From contig ACYB01000031.1 in the NCBI GenBank assembly GCA_000175855.1, positions 1 through 32,000 on the forward strand: DNA of 32,000 bases. The letters run 5' to 3'. Every line of letters starts with the position of its first letter. The stretch's first letter is position 1. Source of the DNA: Raphidiopsis brookii D9 (lineage in GTDB: Bacteria > Cyanobacteriota > Cyanobacteriia > Cyanobacteriales > Nostocaceae). Below, one piece after another: positions 1 through 8,265 of this stretch. Under the pieces are notes generated by a model. The model had not been told where the DNA came from. It did not search any database and saw nothing but the letters and a program-made list of their open reading frames with translations. A program made the position numbers and the translations under genes.

Positions 1-125
1 AGAGTTGGATTTGCCCATATTTTCGGATTTATGCCTAGATATGCATAGGTTTTTAGAAGCGGTTTTGTCCCAGGTCAAACTGTTCCCTGATCCCCGGTGC
101 TGATTTCCCTCTAATTAAGAATTGC

Positions 126-131
126 TATAAT
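126..131 (+). promoter_or_regulatory. Possible -10 box (TATAAT) upstream of the NYN gene; no clear -35
   Basis: 'attgcTATAATctattg' about 50 nt upstream of the ORF start at 180; a -35 match at 17 nt spacing is poor. Confidence 0.3.
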
Positions 132-179
132 CTATTGTTTAAACTTACATTCTTATTTATTATTTAGGTGTAAATTTCT

Positions 180-701
180 ATGGTTTTGCCCATGAGTCGT
201 CTGTCTATTTTCGTAGACGGAAATAATATGTTCTATGCTCAACAAAAAAATGGCTGGTTTTTTGACCCGCGACGAGTGTTAGAATATTTTAAGAACGAAC
301 AACCTGAAACAACATTAATCAATGCTTTTTGGTACACTGGTTTAAAAGATCCTCAAGACCAACGTGGTTTCCGGGATGCACTTATTAGTTTAGGATATAC
401 GGTTCGCACGAAAATCCTCAAGGAATACTATGATGATGTTTCTGGACGTTATTCCCAAAAAGCAAATTTGGATATTGAAATTGTTGTGGATATGTTCAAT
501 ACCGTCGATCAGTATGACCGAGTAGTTTTATTTAGTGGAGATGGTGACTTTGAAAGGGCAATTGAGCTGTTACGCTCCAAAAATACCCATATTACTGTTG
601 TGTCTACAGAGGGCATGATTGCCCGAGAGTTACGTAATGCTACTGATAGATATATAGACCTGAACGATATTAAAGATCAAATAGAAAAAACCGAAGCTTA
701 G
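180..701 (+). CDS. LabA-like / DUF88 NYN-domain (PIN-like nuclease fold) protein
   Basis: 173 aa ORF; N-terminal 'LSIFVDGNNMFYAQ' and 'VVLFSGDGDFERAIELLRSKNTHITVVSTEGMIARELRNATDRYIDL' match the NYN/LabA motif pattern with conserved Asp residues. Confidence 0.85.
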   Translation: MVLPMSRLSIFVDGNNMFYAQQKNGWFFDPRRVLEYFKNEQPETTLINAFWYTGLKDPQDQRGFRDALISLGYTVRTKILKEYYDDVSGRYSQKANLDIEIVVDMFNTVDQYDRVVLFSGDGDFERAIELLRSKNTHITVVSTEGMIARELRNATDRYIDLNDIKDQIEKTEA

Positions 702-768
702 TAGAATTACACCTAATCTAGGCAGTGTCAAAAAGCAACAGTTAGATATGAATAAGGAGTCAGTAACT

Positions 769-813
769 ATGAGTGGGAATCAATGGATCCGTCGAACCAG
801 GCCAAGTCCCTAA
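769..813 (+). other. Possible 14-codon small ORF (MSGNQWIRRTRPSP) upstream of leuA
   Basis: ATG at 769-771, TAA at 811-813, AAGGAG at 754-759 with 9 nt spacing. No coding evidence beyond the RBS. Confidence 0.25.
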
Positions 814-977
814 CCGCCAATTGATAAATTTGCTGGTCATTTGAAATTTAATTATACATCAGCTAGTTTTAAACTATTAATTCTACATTCTTTAAACTGA
901 CTCTTACATTCCTTTTAATAAAGTTCAAGGTATTTTAACCCTTACCAATTAGTTAACTTAAACCCAACTCGAAACCA

Positions 978-2570
978 ATGAACAATCAAGCAGATAGAAT
1001 TATCATCTTTGATACCACACTGCGAGATGGAGAGCAGTGTCCAGGAGCTACCTTAAACATTGAAGAAAAGCTGGTTATAGCCAAACAGTTGTCACGTTTA
1101 GGGGTAGATGTGATTGAAGCTGGTTTTGCTTTTGCCAGTCCGGGTGATTTTGCCGCAGTGAGCAAAATTGCTGAGACTGTAGGTTTGCCAGATGGTCCCA
1201 TTATTTGTAGTTTGGCTAGAGCTAAACAGGATGATATTAAAACAGCAGCTGCGGCTATTAAATCAGCAGCTAAGGGTCGAATCCATACTTTTTTAGCTAC
1301 TTCTGATATCCACCTACAGTACAAACTGAAGAAGACTCGCCCAGAAGTTGTATCTATAGCTCGAGACATGGTAGCATACGCTAAGAGTTTCACTAATGAT
1401 GTGGAATTTTCCCCTGAGGACGCTGGTAGATCGGACCCGGAATTTTTGTATGAGGTTTTAACTGAGGTGATAGCTGCTGGTGCAACTACGGTTAATATTC
1501 CTGATACAGTGGGCTATACCACTCCCGGAGAGTTTGGCAATTTGATTAGGGGGATTAAAGAAAATGTTCCCAATATAACCCAGGCTATCATTTCTGTACA
1601 TGGACATAATGACCTGGGTCTGGCGGTTGCTAACTTCTTAGAAGCAGTAAAGAATGGTGCTAGACAGCTGGAATGTACTATCAATGGTATTGGCGAAAGA
1701 GCTGGTAATGCTGCTTTAGAAGAATTGGTTATGGGTCTTCATGTCAGACGACAATATTTTAATCCGTTCTTTGGTAGACCCGCTGATTCGGAAGCACCTT
1801 TAACCAATATTGACACCAGACAAATTTATAAGACTTCTCGATTGGTTTCCAATTTAACCGGAATGTTGGTACAACCCAACAAAGCTATAGTCGGGGCTAA
1901 TGCTTTTGCCCATGAATCTGGCATTCACCAAGATGGAGTGCTCAAGAATAAACTCACTTATGAGATTATGGATGCCCAGTTGATTGGATTAACCGATAAC
2001 CAAATAGTATTGGGTAAACATTCTGGCAGGAATGCTTTTAGATCACGATTGAAAGAGTTAGGCTTTGAATTGTCGGAGAATGATCTCAATAAGGCATTTA
2101 TTCGTTTTAAGGATGTAGCAGACAAAAAGAAGGACATCTCAGATTGGGATTTGGAAGCTATTGTTAATGATGAAATTAAACAAGTTCCCGATTTGTTTAA
2201 AATTGAGTTGGTGCAGGTTTCCTGTGGTAGTAATGCTAGACCCACTGCTACCGTAACTCTTCGCACCCCAGATGGTCAAGAACTGACTGATGCGGCCATA
2301 GGTACAGGACCAGTGGACGCGGTTTATAGGGCTATCAATCGAGTGGTGAATGTGCCTAATGATCTGATAGAATTTTCTGTACAATCGGTGACAGCTGGAA
2401 TTGATGCTTTGGGAGAGGTAACCATTCGTCTGCGTTACGAGTCCCGTGTATTTTCTGGTCATGCAGCTAATACAGATATAATTGTAGCTTCTGCTCAAGC
2501 TTATGTGAATGCTTTGAATAGGCTATATGCAGCTATCAATCAAAAAACCAATCAAGAGGTTACGGCTTAA
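978..2570 (+). CDS. leuA: 2-isopropylmalate synthase
   Basis: 530 aa; '[51 protein letters not shown]', '[44 protein letters not shown]', '[17 protein letters not shown]', and a C-terminal regulatory domain. Confidence 0.97.
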   Translation: MNNQADRIIIFDTTLRDGEQCPGATLNIEEKLVIAKQLSRLGVDVIEAGFAFASPGDFAAVSKIAETVGLPDGPIICSLARAKQDDIKTAAAAIKSAAKGRIHTFLATSDIHLQYKLKKTRPEVVSIARDMVAYAKSFTNDVEFSPEDAGRSDPEFLYEVLTEVIAAGATTVNIPDTVGYTTPGEFGNLIRGIKENVPNITQAIISVHGHNDLGLAVANFLEAVKNGARQLECTINGIGERAGNAALEELVMGLHVRRQYFNPFFGRPADSEAPLTNIDTRQIYKTSRLVSNLTGMLVQPNKAIVGANAFAHESGIHQDGVLKNKLTYEIMDAQLIGLTDNQIVLGKHSGRNAFRSRLKELGFELSENDLNKAFIRFKDVADKKKDISDWDLEAIVNDEIKQVPDLFKIELVQVSCGSNARPTATVTLRTPDGQELTDAAIGTGPVDAVYRAINRVVNVPNDLIEFSVQSVTAGIDALGEVTIRLRYESRVFSGHAANTDIIVASAQAYVNALNRLYAAINQKTNQEVTA

Positions 2571-2645
2571 ACAAGAATGGTTGGGGAGTGGTAATTGCTC
2601 ACTAATCCCCGATTCAAACCTAACTAAACTACCTAATAAATAGCG

Positions 2646-3692
2646 ATGAAAGCACAAGTATTTAGAGGCGTAAATCAGTTATCCTACGAGGAAGTTCCAG
2701 TTCCTCATTTAACACCGGAGGAGGTACTAGTGCAAGTAAGAGTGGTGGGTTTATGTCAATCGGATATTAAAAAGATTCGTTATCCTCTGTATGAACCCCC
2801 ACGGATTTTTGGACACGAAACCGCTGGCACTATTGCTGCAGTGGGTTCTCAAGTCAAAGGTTGGAACGTGGGAGACCGGGTAGCAGTGATGCATCATATA
2901 CCCTGTATGCGCTGCGCCTATTGCCTGAATGAAAATTTTTCCATGTGCGATGTCTATAAAAATATATCTACCACAGCAGGTTTCAACCCCAGTGGAGGGG
3001 GTTTTGCCGAATACGTGAAGGTGCCAGGTCATATTGTGGAAAACGGAGGTTTAATCCCCATTCCTGACCATATTAGTTTTGAAGAAGCCAGTTTTGTAGA
3101 ACCTACTAATTGCTGTCTAAAAGCTGTAAAAAAAGCTCAAATAGCACCAGGACAAACAGTGTTAATTACTGGAGCAGGTCCGATTGGGTTAATGTTTATT
3201 ATGTTGGTGCAATATTTTGGTGCTAAGGCGATCGCCACGGATCTTTTGCCATCCAGAATTGAAAAAGCTGTGGAGATAGGAGCAGAAGCAGCATTTGATG
3301 CTCGTGATCCAGACTTGGCTAAAAAAGTCCAAGACTTAACGGGAGGAATGGGTGCGGATGTGGCATTGTTGGCAGTTCCCAGCGACAAGGCTTTTTTTCA
3401 AGCCTTGAACTGTACCCGCAAAGGCGGCAAAATACTCTTTTTTGCCGAATTCCCTGACGAGGTAGAAATACCCATTAACCCCAATATTCTCTATCGTAGA
3501 GAAATAGACTTAATAGGAAGTTATAGTTCCTCCTATAGGTTACAAAGCCTAGCAGCAGATATAGTTTTTAGTCGCCGCATTAACGTTCAGGCGTTAATTA
3601 GCGATCGCTATCCCTTAGAAAACTTACATCAAGCAGTAGAGCAGGCGATCGCACCCGCAGCAGAAACCTATAAGATCTTAATTTACCCATGA
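2646..3692 (+). CDS. Zinc-dependent medium-chain alcohol/sorbitol-type dehydrogenase
   Basis: 348 aa; 'GHETAGTIAAVGSQVKGWNVGDRVAV', four-Cys structural zinc region 'CMRCAYCLNENFSMC', Rossmann 'VLITGAGPIGLMFI'. Confidence 0.92.
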   Translation: MKAQVFRGVNQLSYEEVPVPHLTPEEVLVQVRVVGLCQSDIKKIRYPLYEPPRIFGHETAGTIAAVGSQVKGWNVGDRVAVMHHIPCMRCAYCLNENFSMCDVYKNISTTAGFNPSGGGFAEYVKVPGHIVENGGLIPIPDHISFEEASFVEPTNCCLKAVKKAQIAPGQTVLITGAGPIGLMFIMLVQYFGAKAIATDLLPSRIEKAVEIGAEAAFDARDPDLAKKVQDLTGGMGADVALLAVPSDKAFFQALNCTRKGGKILFFAEFPDEVEIPINPNILYRREIDLIGSYSSSYRLQSLAADIVFSRRINVQALISDRYPLENLHQAVEQAIAPAAETYKILIYP

Positions 3693-3723
3693 AAGGAACC
3701 ATTATAAGTAGGATGAAAGCAAA

Positions 3724-4971
3724 TTGATTATTGCAGGCTTATTATCATTCTATCTTGCATTTAACCTGGGTGCTAATGATATAGCTAACTCCATGGGAAC
3801 ATCTGTAGGATCAAAAGCAGTTACACTCAAACAGGCCATGATCATAGCGGGGGTTTTAGAATTTGGGGGTGCTGTATTATTTGGGGGAGGTGTGACAGAA
3901 ACCCTAGGGACGAAAATTGCCCATCCGGAATTGTTTATCACCACACCCAGAACCCTGTTGTTAGGGATGATGGCAGTGCTTATATCTTCAGGATTATGGC
4001 TGCAACTAGCTACAGCTCTATCTTTACCCGTATCATCATCTCATGCGGTAGTTGGTGCTATTGCTGGCTTTACCTGGATAGCAGCGGGTATAGATAGTAT
4101 AGACTGGCAAGCCATTAGATCTATAACCGTTGTTTGGGTATTTACACCCATAATAAGTGCTACTATAGCTGCTATTTTTTATAGTATAATCCAGAATTAC
4201 ATATTATCCCCAACCAACTCCCAGCAAAGATTACAGGAATGGATTCCCTGGTTAAGTATGATTGTTCTGAGTATATTTGGAGCCATAGTGTTGGTTCCCT
4301 TAGCGGAATCAATAACCAGGTTTTTCAATCAACAGGTGGGGTTACAGATCCCTTCACATAGTATTGCCATTTTTACTATTGTGGTTGGCATTATTGTCAT
4401 GACAATATATAGTTGGAAGCAAGTGGAAAATACCACCGGGCAAATTTCAGCATCCCCCATCCACAACTACATAGAAGGATTATTTGCCAAGTTTCAACTT
4501 TTAAGTTCTTGCTTTGTTGCTTTTGCCCATGGTGCTAACGACATTGGCAATGCAATTGCTCCTTTGGCAGTAATTTCCTACATTGACCAAACCCAGAAAG
4601 TTCCTCTTCATGGAATCACTATTCCTGGATGGGTAATAATTTTAGGAGGTGTAGGAATAGTCAGCGGATTAGGGATTTGGGGTAGAAAAGTGATCACCAC
4701 CATTGGTGAAAATATTATCCCTCTGCAACCAAGTGCAGGATTTTGCGCTGAATTAGCTACTGCTACCACTGTTTTGTTAGCATCTCGCCTAGGTTTACCC
4801 GTATCCACATCCCATGGGATCGTAGGTAGTATAATAGGAGTTGGATTAGTCCAAAGCCCTCGTTTAATTGACTTTTCTACCATTCGAGGAATCACCGCAG
4901 CTTGGCTAATTACAGTTCCTATTAGTGCCGTTATGAGTGCTCTAATCTTCATTATTATCCGGACTGAATGA
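3724..4971 (+). CDS. Inorganic phosphate transporter, PiT family (TTG start)
   Basis: 415 aa hydrophobic protein with PiT duplicated signatures 'FNLGANDIANSMGTSVGSKAVTL' and 'AFAHGANDIGNAIAPLAV' plus 'LPVSSSHAVVGAIAG' / 'LPVSTSHGIVGSIIG'. Confidence 0.93.
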   Translation: MIIAGLLSFYLAFNLGANDIANSMGTSVGSKAVTLKQAMIIAGVLEFGGAVLFGGGVTETLGTKIAHPELFITTPRTLLLGMMAVLISSGLWLQLATALSLPVSSSHAVVGAIAGFTWIAAGIDSIDWQAIRSITVVWVFTPIISATIAAIFYSIIQNYILSPTNSQQRLQEWIPWLSMIVLSIFGAIVLVPLAESITRFFNQQVGLQIPSHSIAIFTIVVGIIVMTIYSWKQVENTTGQISASPIHNYIEGLFAKFQLLSSCFVAFAHGANDIGNAIAPLAVISYIDQTQKVPLHGITIPGWVIILGGVGIVSGLGIWGRKVITTIGENIIPLQPSAGFCAELATATTVLLASRLGLPVSTSHGIVGSIIGVGLVQSPRLIDFSTIRGITAAWLITVPISAVMSALIFIIIRTE

Positions 4972-5015
4972 CAAAAAATTAAATAACTCTTCAAGGTGTT
5001 AGAGGTAAGAAACTA

Positions 5016-7049
5016 ATGGGTCCACTTGAGAAGCGACCAGAAAAACAACGTACTAGAAATGACCTATCTAGGTCAACAGAAAATGCCCTTTGGGACATGG
5101 TGGAGGATTTAGAAAATCTCCAACAGAATGTTTTACGAGCTTTGCAGGATGATGTGAAGCGGTTAGAAGGTGAGAAAAGTCGTTTAGGTAAGGATATTGA
5201 AAGATTAACGGAAGAAAAGGAAAAATTGCAACAAACACGACAAATTGCTGAACAACAAGTTTTAATTCGCCAACTGGCGGAAGTTTTGTCCAAGCACATA
5301 TCTTCTCAATTGCAGTCTTCCTTAAAGATTTTGGTTAGTCAAGCACAGTTAGTAAAGACAGAATCTTCTGACCAGGTAGCCATGAAATGGGCAGAAGTTA
5401 ATGCCAAAATAGCTGGTCAGATAAGTGAGAATATTACGGAGATAGTTAACAATTTAGACAATAATTTGACAATCGCTTTTAGTTCTCTACAGGAGGAATT
5501 AAAGAATTATCAAGGTCATCTTTCCCAACAGTTTTTAAAAATCTATGATCAACAACGACAAGGAGAACAAGTTTTAACAGCTTATGTTAGTCGGTTACAA
5601 ACTGAGTTAGACAAAGCTAAACAAATAAATTCCCAGGTGTTTGTGACGGGAGGATCGCCAACCGTACTACAGCTAGGACAAACTCAGTACGGGAATGGAT
5701 TTTTGTCCAAATCTCCAGAGCAAAGGGAATCACCGGAGGAGCAAGATTCCATTCTAGAACCAGTGTCAGAAAGTTCAATTGTGCTTGCACCACAATCACT
5801 ACCTCAAGAATTATCGAAAGATGTGTCAGCTCCCCAAAGCTGCCATTCTTCACCCCTTGAACAAGTTGAAGAAGTTACAGTGGAGGAAGTAACCGCTTCA
5901 ATTACTGATAGTTTAGCAAACAAAACAACTACCCATTTTTCTGTAGATACAATCATAAGTACGCCACATATTCCCATAAATACACCATATCAAGAACCTG
6001 CTTTTGAGCGAAAATTGCCCAAAAATAATAGACCTATCTCATCACTACAAATAGGGTTTCTGTGTTTAGGTTTATACACAGTTGTCTCCTCCCTTTATAA
6101 CGTCATCATCCGGGCATTTTTCTGGGAGGGTTCTCAACTTTTAGGAGAGTTCCAGAAAGGGGGTCTATTATTGCCAACCTTGGGTAATATTTTCCTTTTA
6201 TTAATGCTGAGACTGCTAGTAGTTCTACCATTAATGTTGCTTTTGGCTCCTACTTTGCATCCACCAATTTGGCAAGAAATTAAAAATCTATTCCGGAAAC
6301 CTAACAAAAAAAATGGCACCCATACCACAGGAAAACAACTACTGATTCTATCAGTTTTAAGTGGTGGGTGTCTATTCTTATCTGAGTTGTTTATTTACGT
6401 TGCTATTAGTCAGCTAACCGTAGGGGTAGCCATGAGTTTATTTTTTGTCTACCCCCTAGTGACTGGAATATTGGCTTGGTTCCTCTTGAGTGAACGCCCT
6501 AGTCCGGTGAAGATTGGTGCTATTTTTGGTATCCTAGGCGGTCAATTATTCATCCTTAGCAGTCCCACCACTACCAACACCCTGGCAAGTATTTCCGCAA
6601 TTCTTTCCGGAATAGCTTTTGGCACCTACCTTATTATTTCTAGGTTGTCTGCATCCGCAATCCATCCTATTTCTTTTGCTCTTCTTAACTTCACTAGTAT
6701 GCTACTATTAAGCTTTTTTTCCCTATTAGTACCATTACCATCTAACTGGAGTATCATACTGAAATCATCTGGTTTCTTAGAATTAGTTCTCGGCGCTTTT
6801 ATGTTGGCTGTTCTCACCCTTGGTGCTTGGTTGCTAAAAAGTTTAGGCACTAACAAGCTAGAATTGAAATTTTATACTCTATTTAGAGCTTTTACTCCCA
6901 TTTTTACCATGATCTTGGCCGGACTAATGATTCGAGAAAATTTGGATTTACCCCAGATCATAGGAGTTATAATGGTCACGGGTGGAGCATCGGTTATTAG
7001 CTGGGAGAAAATGCACAATCGACCCAAAATCACTAATCCTCAAATTTAG
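5016..7049 (+). CDS. DMT/EamA-family transporter with long N-terminal coiled-coil extension
   Basis: 677 aa. Roughly residues 20-230 are heptad-like, Glu/Lys/Gln-rich. A low-complexity linker follows. The C-terminal ~330 aa have multiple hydrophobic segments with EamA-like 'GVAMSLFFVYPLVTGILAWFLLSERPSPVKIGAIFGILGGQLFIL' and 'LKFYTLFRAFTPIFTMILAGLMIRENLDLPQIIGVIMVTGGASVI'. Confidence 0.82.
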   Translation: MGPLEKRPEKQRTRNDLSRSTENALWDMVEDLENLQQNVLRALQDDVKRLEGEKSRLGKDIERLTEEKEKLQQTRQIAEQQVLIRQLAEVLSKHISSQLQSSLKILVSQAQLVKTESSDQVAMKWAEVNAKIAGQISENITEIVNNLDNNLTIAFSSLQEELKNYQGHLSQQFLKIYDQQRQGEQVLTAYVSRLQTELDKAKQINSQVFVTGGSPTVLQLGQTQYGNGFLSKSPEQRESPEEQDSILEPVSESSIVLAPQSLPQELSKDVSAPQSCHSSPLEQVEEVTVEEVTASITDSLANKTTTHFSVDTIISTPHIPINTPYQEPAFERKLPKNNRPISSLQIGFLCLGLYTVVSSLYNVIIRAFFWEGSQLLGEFQKGGLLLPTLGNIFLLLMLRLLVVLPLMLLLAPTLHPPIWQEIKNLFRKPNKKNGTHTTGKQLLILSVLSGGCLFLSELFIYVAISQLTVGVAMSLFFVYPLVTGILAWFLLSERPSPVKIGAIFGILGGQLFILSSPTTTNTLASISAILSGIAFGTYLIISRLSASAIHPISFALLNFTSMLLLSFFSLLVPLPSNWSIILKSSGFLELVLGAFMLAVLTLGAWLLKSLGTNKLELKFYTLFRAFTPIFTMILAGLMIRENLDLPQIIGVIMVTGGASVISWEKMHNRPKITNPQI

Positions 7050-7249
7050 TCTTGTCAAGACGTAAGACTGTTGGCTAAATGAGGTTTCAAAGTTATTTTC
7101 AGACTCTTATAAACTAGAAACAACAAGGTTGTTATAAAATTTTGTTAAAATCATGGAAGTTTGGCTTACATTTGGCAGAACATCGCAACATTAGGTATCT
7201 TAAACATCAAAACCGTCAAGTTGGTTATGCTATAAACACTGGTGGAGAT

Positions 7250-7440
7250 TAGGGTAAATGGCGATCGCTCTTAGGTGAAGGGGAGAAAATATTAGTAATG
7301 TTAGAAATAGAATTGCCTTAATCTCTCAATCCATATATATAAAGGTGAGTAATAAGGAAAAATTATGGTTATGAGGGGTTGAGATAAGTTTTTTTGTGGT
7401 TGAAGGGGTGGAAATGTGGTACTATGAGAGTTGAGTATAA
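7250..7440 (+). repeat. Direct repeat copy 1 (core 7288-7370, second block about 7398-7440)
   Basis: 'aaatattagtaatgttagaaatagaattgccttaatctctcaatccatatatataaaggtgagtaataag(g)aaaaattatggtt' recurs at 7599-7681 with one mismatch; flanks 'agggtaaatggcgatcgctc' and 'ggttgaaggggtggaaatgtggtactatgagagttgagtataa' also recur. Confidence 0.9.
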
Positions 7441-7551
7441 TGGAGTATGAGCATTTGTAAAAAAAAGTGGACAGATTTCCATTATCAGGCTATCACGTCC
7501 GACGGTCAATAGTCAACCCCCTTCAAAAAAAATTTCGTGGCGCTGTAATGG

Positions 7552-7720
7552 GAGATAGGGTAAATAGCGATCGCTCTTTCGCGAATGGGGGAATATCAAA
7601 TATTAGTAATGTTAGAAATAGAATTGCCTTAATCTCTCAATCCATATATATAAAGGTGAGTAATAAGAAAAAATTATGGTTGAAGGGGTAGAAATGTGGT
7701 ATTATGAGGGTTGAGTACAA
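7552..7720 (+). repeat. Direct repeat copy 2 (core 7599-7681)
   Basis: Near-identical to copy 1, lacking about 28 nt (7371-7397 of copy 1) between the core and the 'ggttgaaggggt' block. Confidence 0.9.
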
Positions 7721-7749
7721 GCGAATACTTAATGACCTGAGTTTAATTC

Positions 7750-8223
7750 TTGAATTGCTCAGAGCCTTTGCTACAGGATTATGAGAATAAGACGATGGAG
7801 GAGTTATTACTGTTAAGTAAATTAATCAAAGATCAAGATTATAATCAAGCTTTGGAACTGGTCGCTCAGCTTGAGGAAATGTCTCGAGAAGATAAATTAA
7901 GCAAGATTTACGCTTATACAGTAATATTGTTAATACATCTAATCAAACAAGAAGCAGAAGGTCGCAGTACTCGCTCTTGGGAATTTTCAATATATAATAG
8001 CAGTAAAGAAATCAAGAAAATCAATAAGCGCAAAAAAACAGGAGGTTTCTACGCTAACCAAGAGGAACTAGAGGAAATCTTAACCGATGCTTTTGATACT
8101 GCTATTAAAAAAGCTGCACTGGAAGCTTTTGAAGGAATATATTCATCCCAAGAGCTAGGTGAAAAGATTAATGCGCAAGCTATTAAAACCAAAGCAATGA
8201 CCATGATGGTAGAAAAATCATAG
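7750..8223 (+). CDS. DUF29-like protein (TTG start)
   Basis: 157 aa; 'LSKLIKDQDYNQALELVAQLEEMSREDKLSKIYAYTVILLIHLIKQ...RSTRSWEFSIYNSSKEIKKI' resembles the DUF29 pattern (E-E-[LIM]-E-x-M-x-x-x-x-x-x + helix ending LLxHLLKW + SW..I...R.EI). Confidence 0.55.
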   Translation: MNCSEPLLQDYENKTMEELLLLSKLIKDQDYNQALELVAQLEEMSREDKLSKIYAYTVILLIHLIKQEAEGRSTRSWEFSIYNSSKEIKKINKRKKTGGFYANQEELEEILTDAFDTAIKKAALEAFEGIYSSQELGEKINAQAIKTKAMTMMVEKS

Positions 8224-8265
8224 CGATCGCCCAGGTTCTTCCCCGAGCGATCGCCACTAATAACC

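Noticed and set aside
986-2498. Antisense ORFs over leuA (986..1393, 1958..2266, 2139..2498)
   Set aside because: They overlap a full-length, highly convincing leuA on the other strand; their translations have no domain-like pattern.
4608-5299. Antisense ORFs 4608..4994 and 4991..5299
   Set aside because: They are shadow frames of the PiT and coiled-coil genes.
7467-7691. 74-aa ORF (MDRFPLSGYHVRRS...)
   Set aside because: It runs through the duplicated non-coding unit; the frame is not supported by a recognisable motif or RBS, and its C-terminus is repeat-derived.
7250-7720. Intact insertion sequence or CRISPR array at the repeat pair
   Set aside because: There are only two copies, the spacing is irregular, and I see no transposase ORF, convincing terminal inverted repeats, or regular spacers.
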